From positions 160,820-224,819 of the forward strand of contig MU058433.1 in assembly GCA_013265495.1 (NCBI GenBank): DNA of 64,000 nt, given 5' to 3'. The first letter of the stretch is position 1, and each line of letters begins with the position of its first letter. The translations under genes were made by a program, and so were the position numbers. Below the pieces are notes generated by a model. The model searched no databases, was not told the DNA's origin, and saw only the letters and a program-made list of their open reading frames with translations. Positions 63,428 through 64,000 of this stretch are shown here, in pieces. The stretch is from Vicugna vicugna. Lineage: Eukaryota.

Positions 63428-64000
63428 ATATCTTTAGTTATCAAGCTACTGTAAATATAAGCATCACTGATATATCACTTTCTCCAATAAAACTGGTATA
63501 GACTTTCTGAAGATAAAATTGTCCTTGGCATAAGAATGGAGACTTTTATACACTACTAGGAATTTGTTTTAAGTAAATAATAAGACCAGAGTGCCATATA
63601 TGATTCATGAATATATTTGCTGTAGCATTTTTATTTAATAATTTTTAAAAAACCCACTGGACATGAAAAGATAGAAAAATATTTTAAAATACTCTATCTA
63701 TTTAACAAACATTTATGCAGACTTAAAAATCGTTTTTTGGAAGAACATTTAATGTGCTAATTGTATACTCTTAATTATAAACACAGTGATATATGTGTAA
63801 TGATACATCGTCGCATTTCTACTAAAGCATCTACCTAGGCATGTGCTCATATTAATAAATTTTAAAAATACACTAATAAATGTTACTTTAATGGAGGGAC
63901 AAATGAATATATTTTAAAAGAGTGATTTAGTGAATGATTATGTGAATAATTTACATAATTTAAATTTATTCAACTTGACTCCCCCAGGACCTTTGCAAAA

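Overview
Mammalian (eutherian) genomic DNA. The young L1 3' ends resemble camelid L1s and I saw no Alu, Bov-tA or PRE-1 SINEs, so a camelid or other cetartiodactyl source is likely; this is inference only. The left 23 kb holds two tandem + strand TRIM5-like antiretroviral paralogs about 19.1 kb apart. Copy A shows only exons 7-8, with an intact SPRY domain. Copy B has all coding exons 2-8, but exon 8 is frameshifted in the SPRY V1 region. The copies are nearly identical except for a sharply divergent exon 7/V1 patch. Between them lie an old ~1 kb NUMT (ND1 end, tRNA-Ile/Gln/Met, ND2), L1 and ERVL remnants, and a duplicated ISRE-bearing candidate promoter. The right 32 kb is a class I (OR52) olfactory receptor cluster with one intact gene and four disrupted ones, interspersed with L1, L2, MIR, MaLR and solo ERV LTRs. 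Repeat-family names come from recalled motifs, not a database search.
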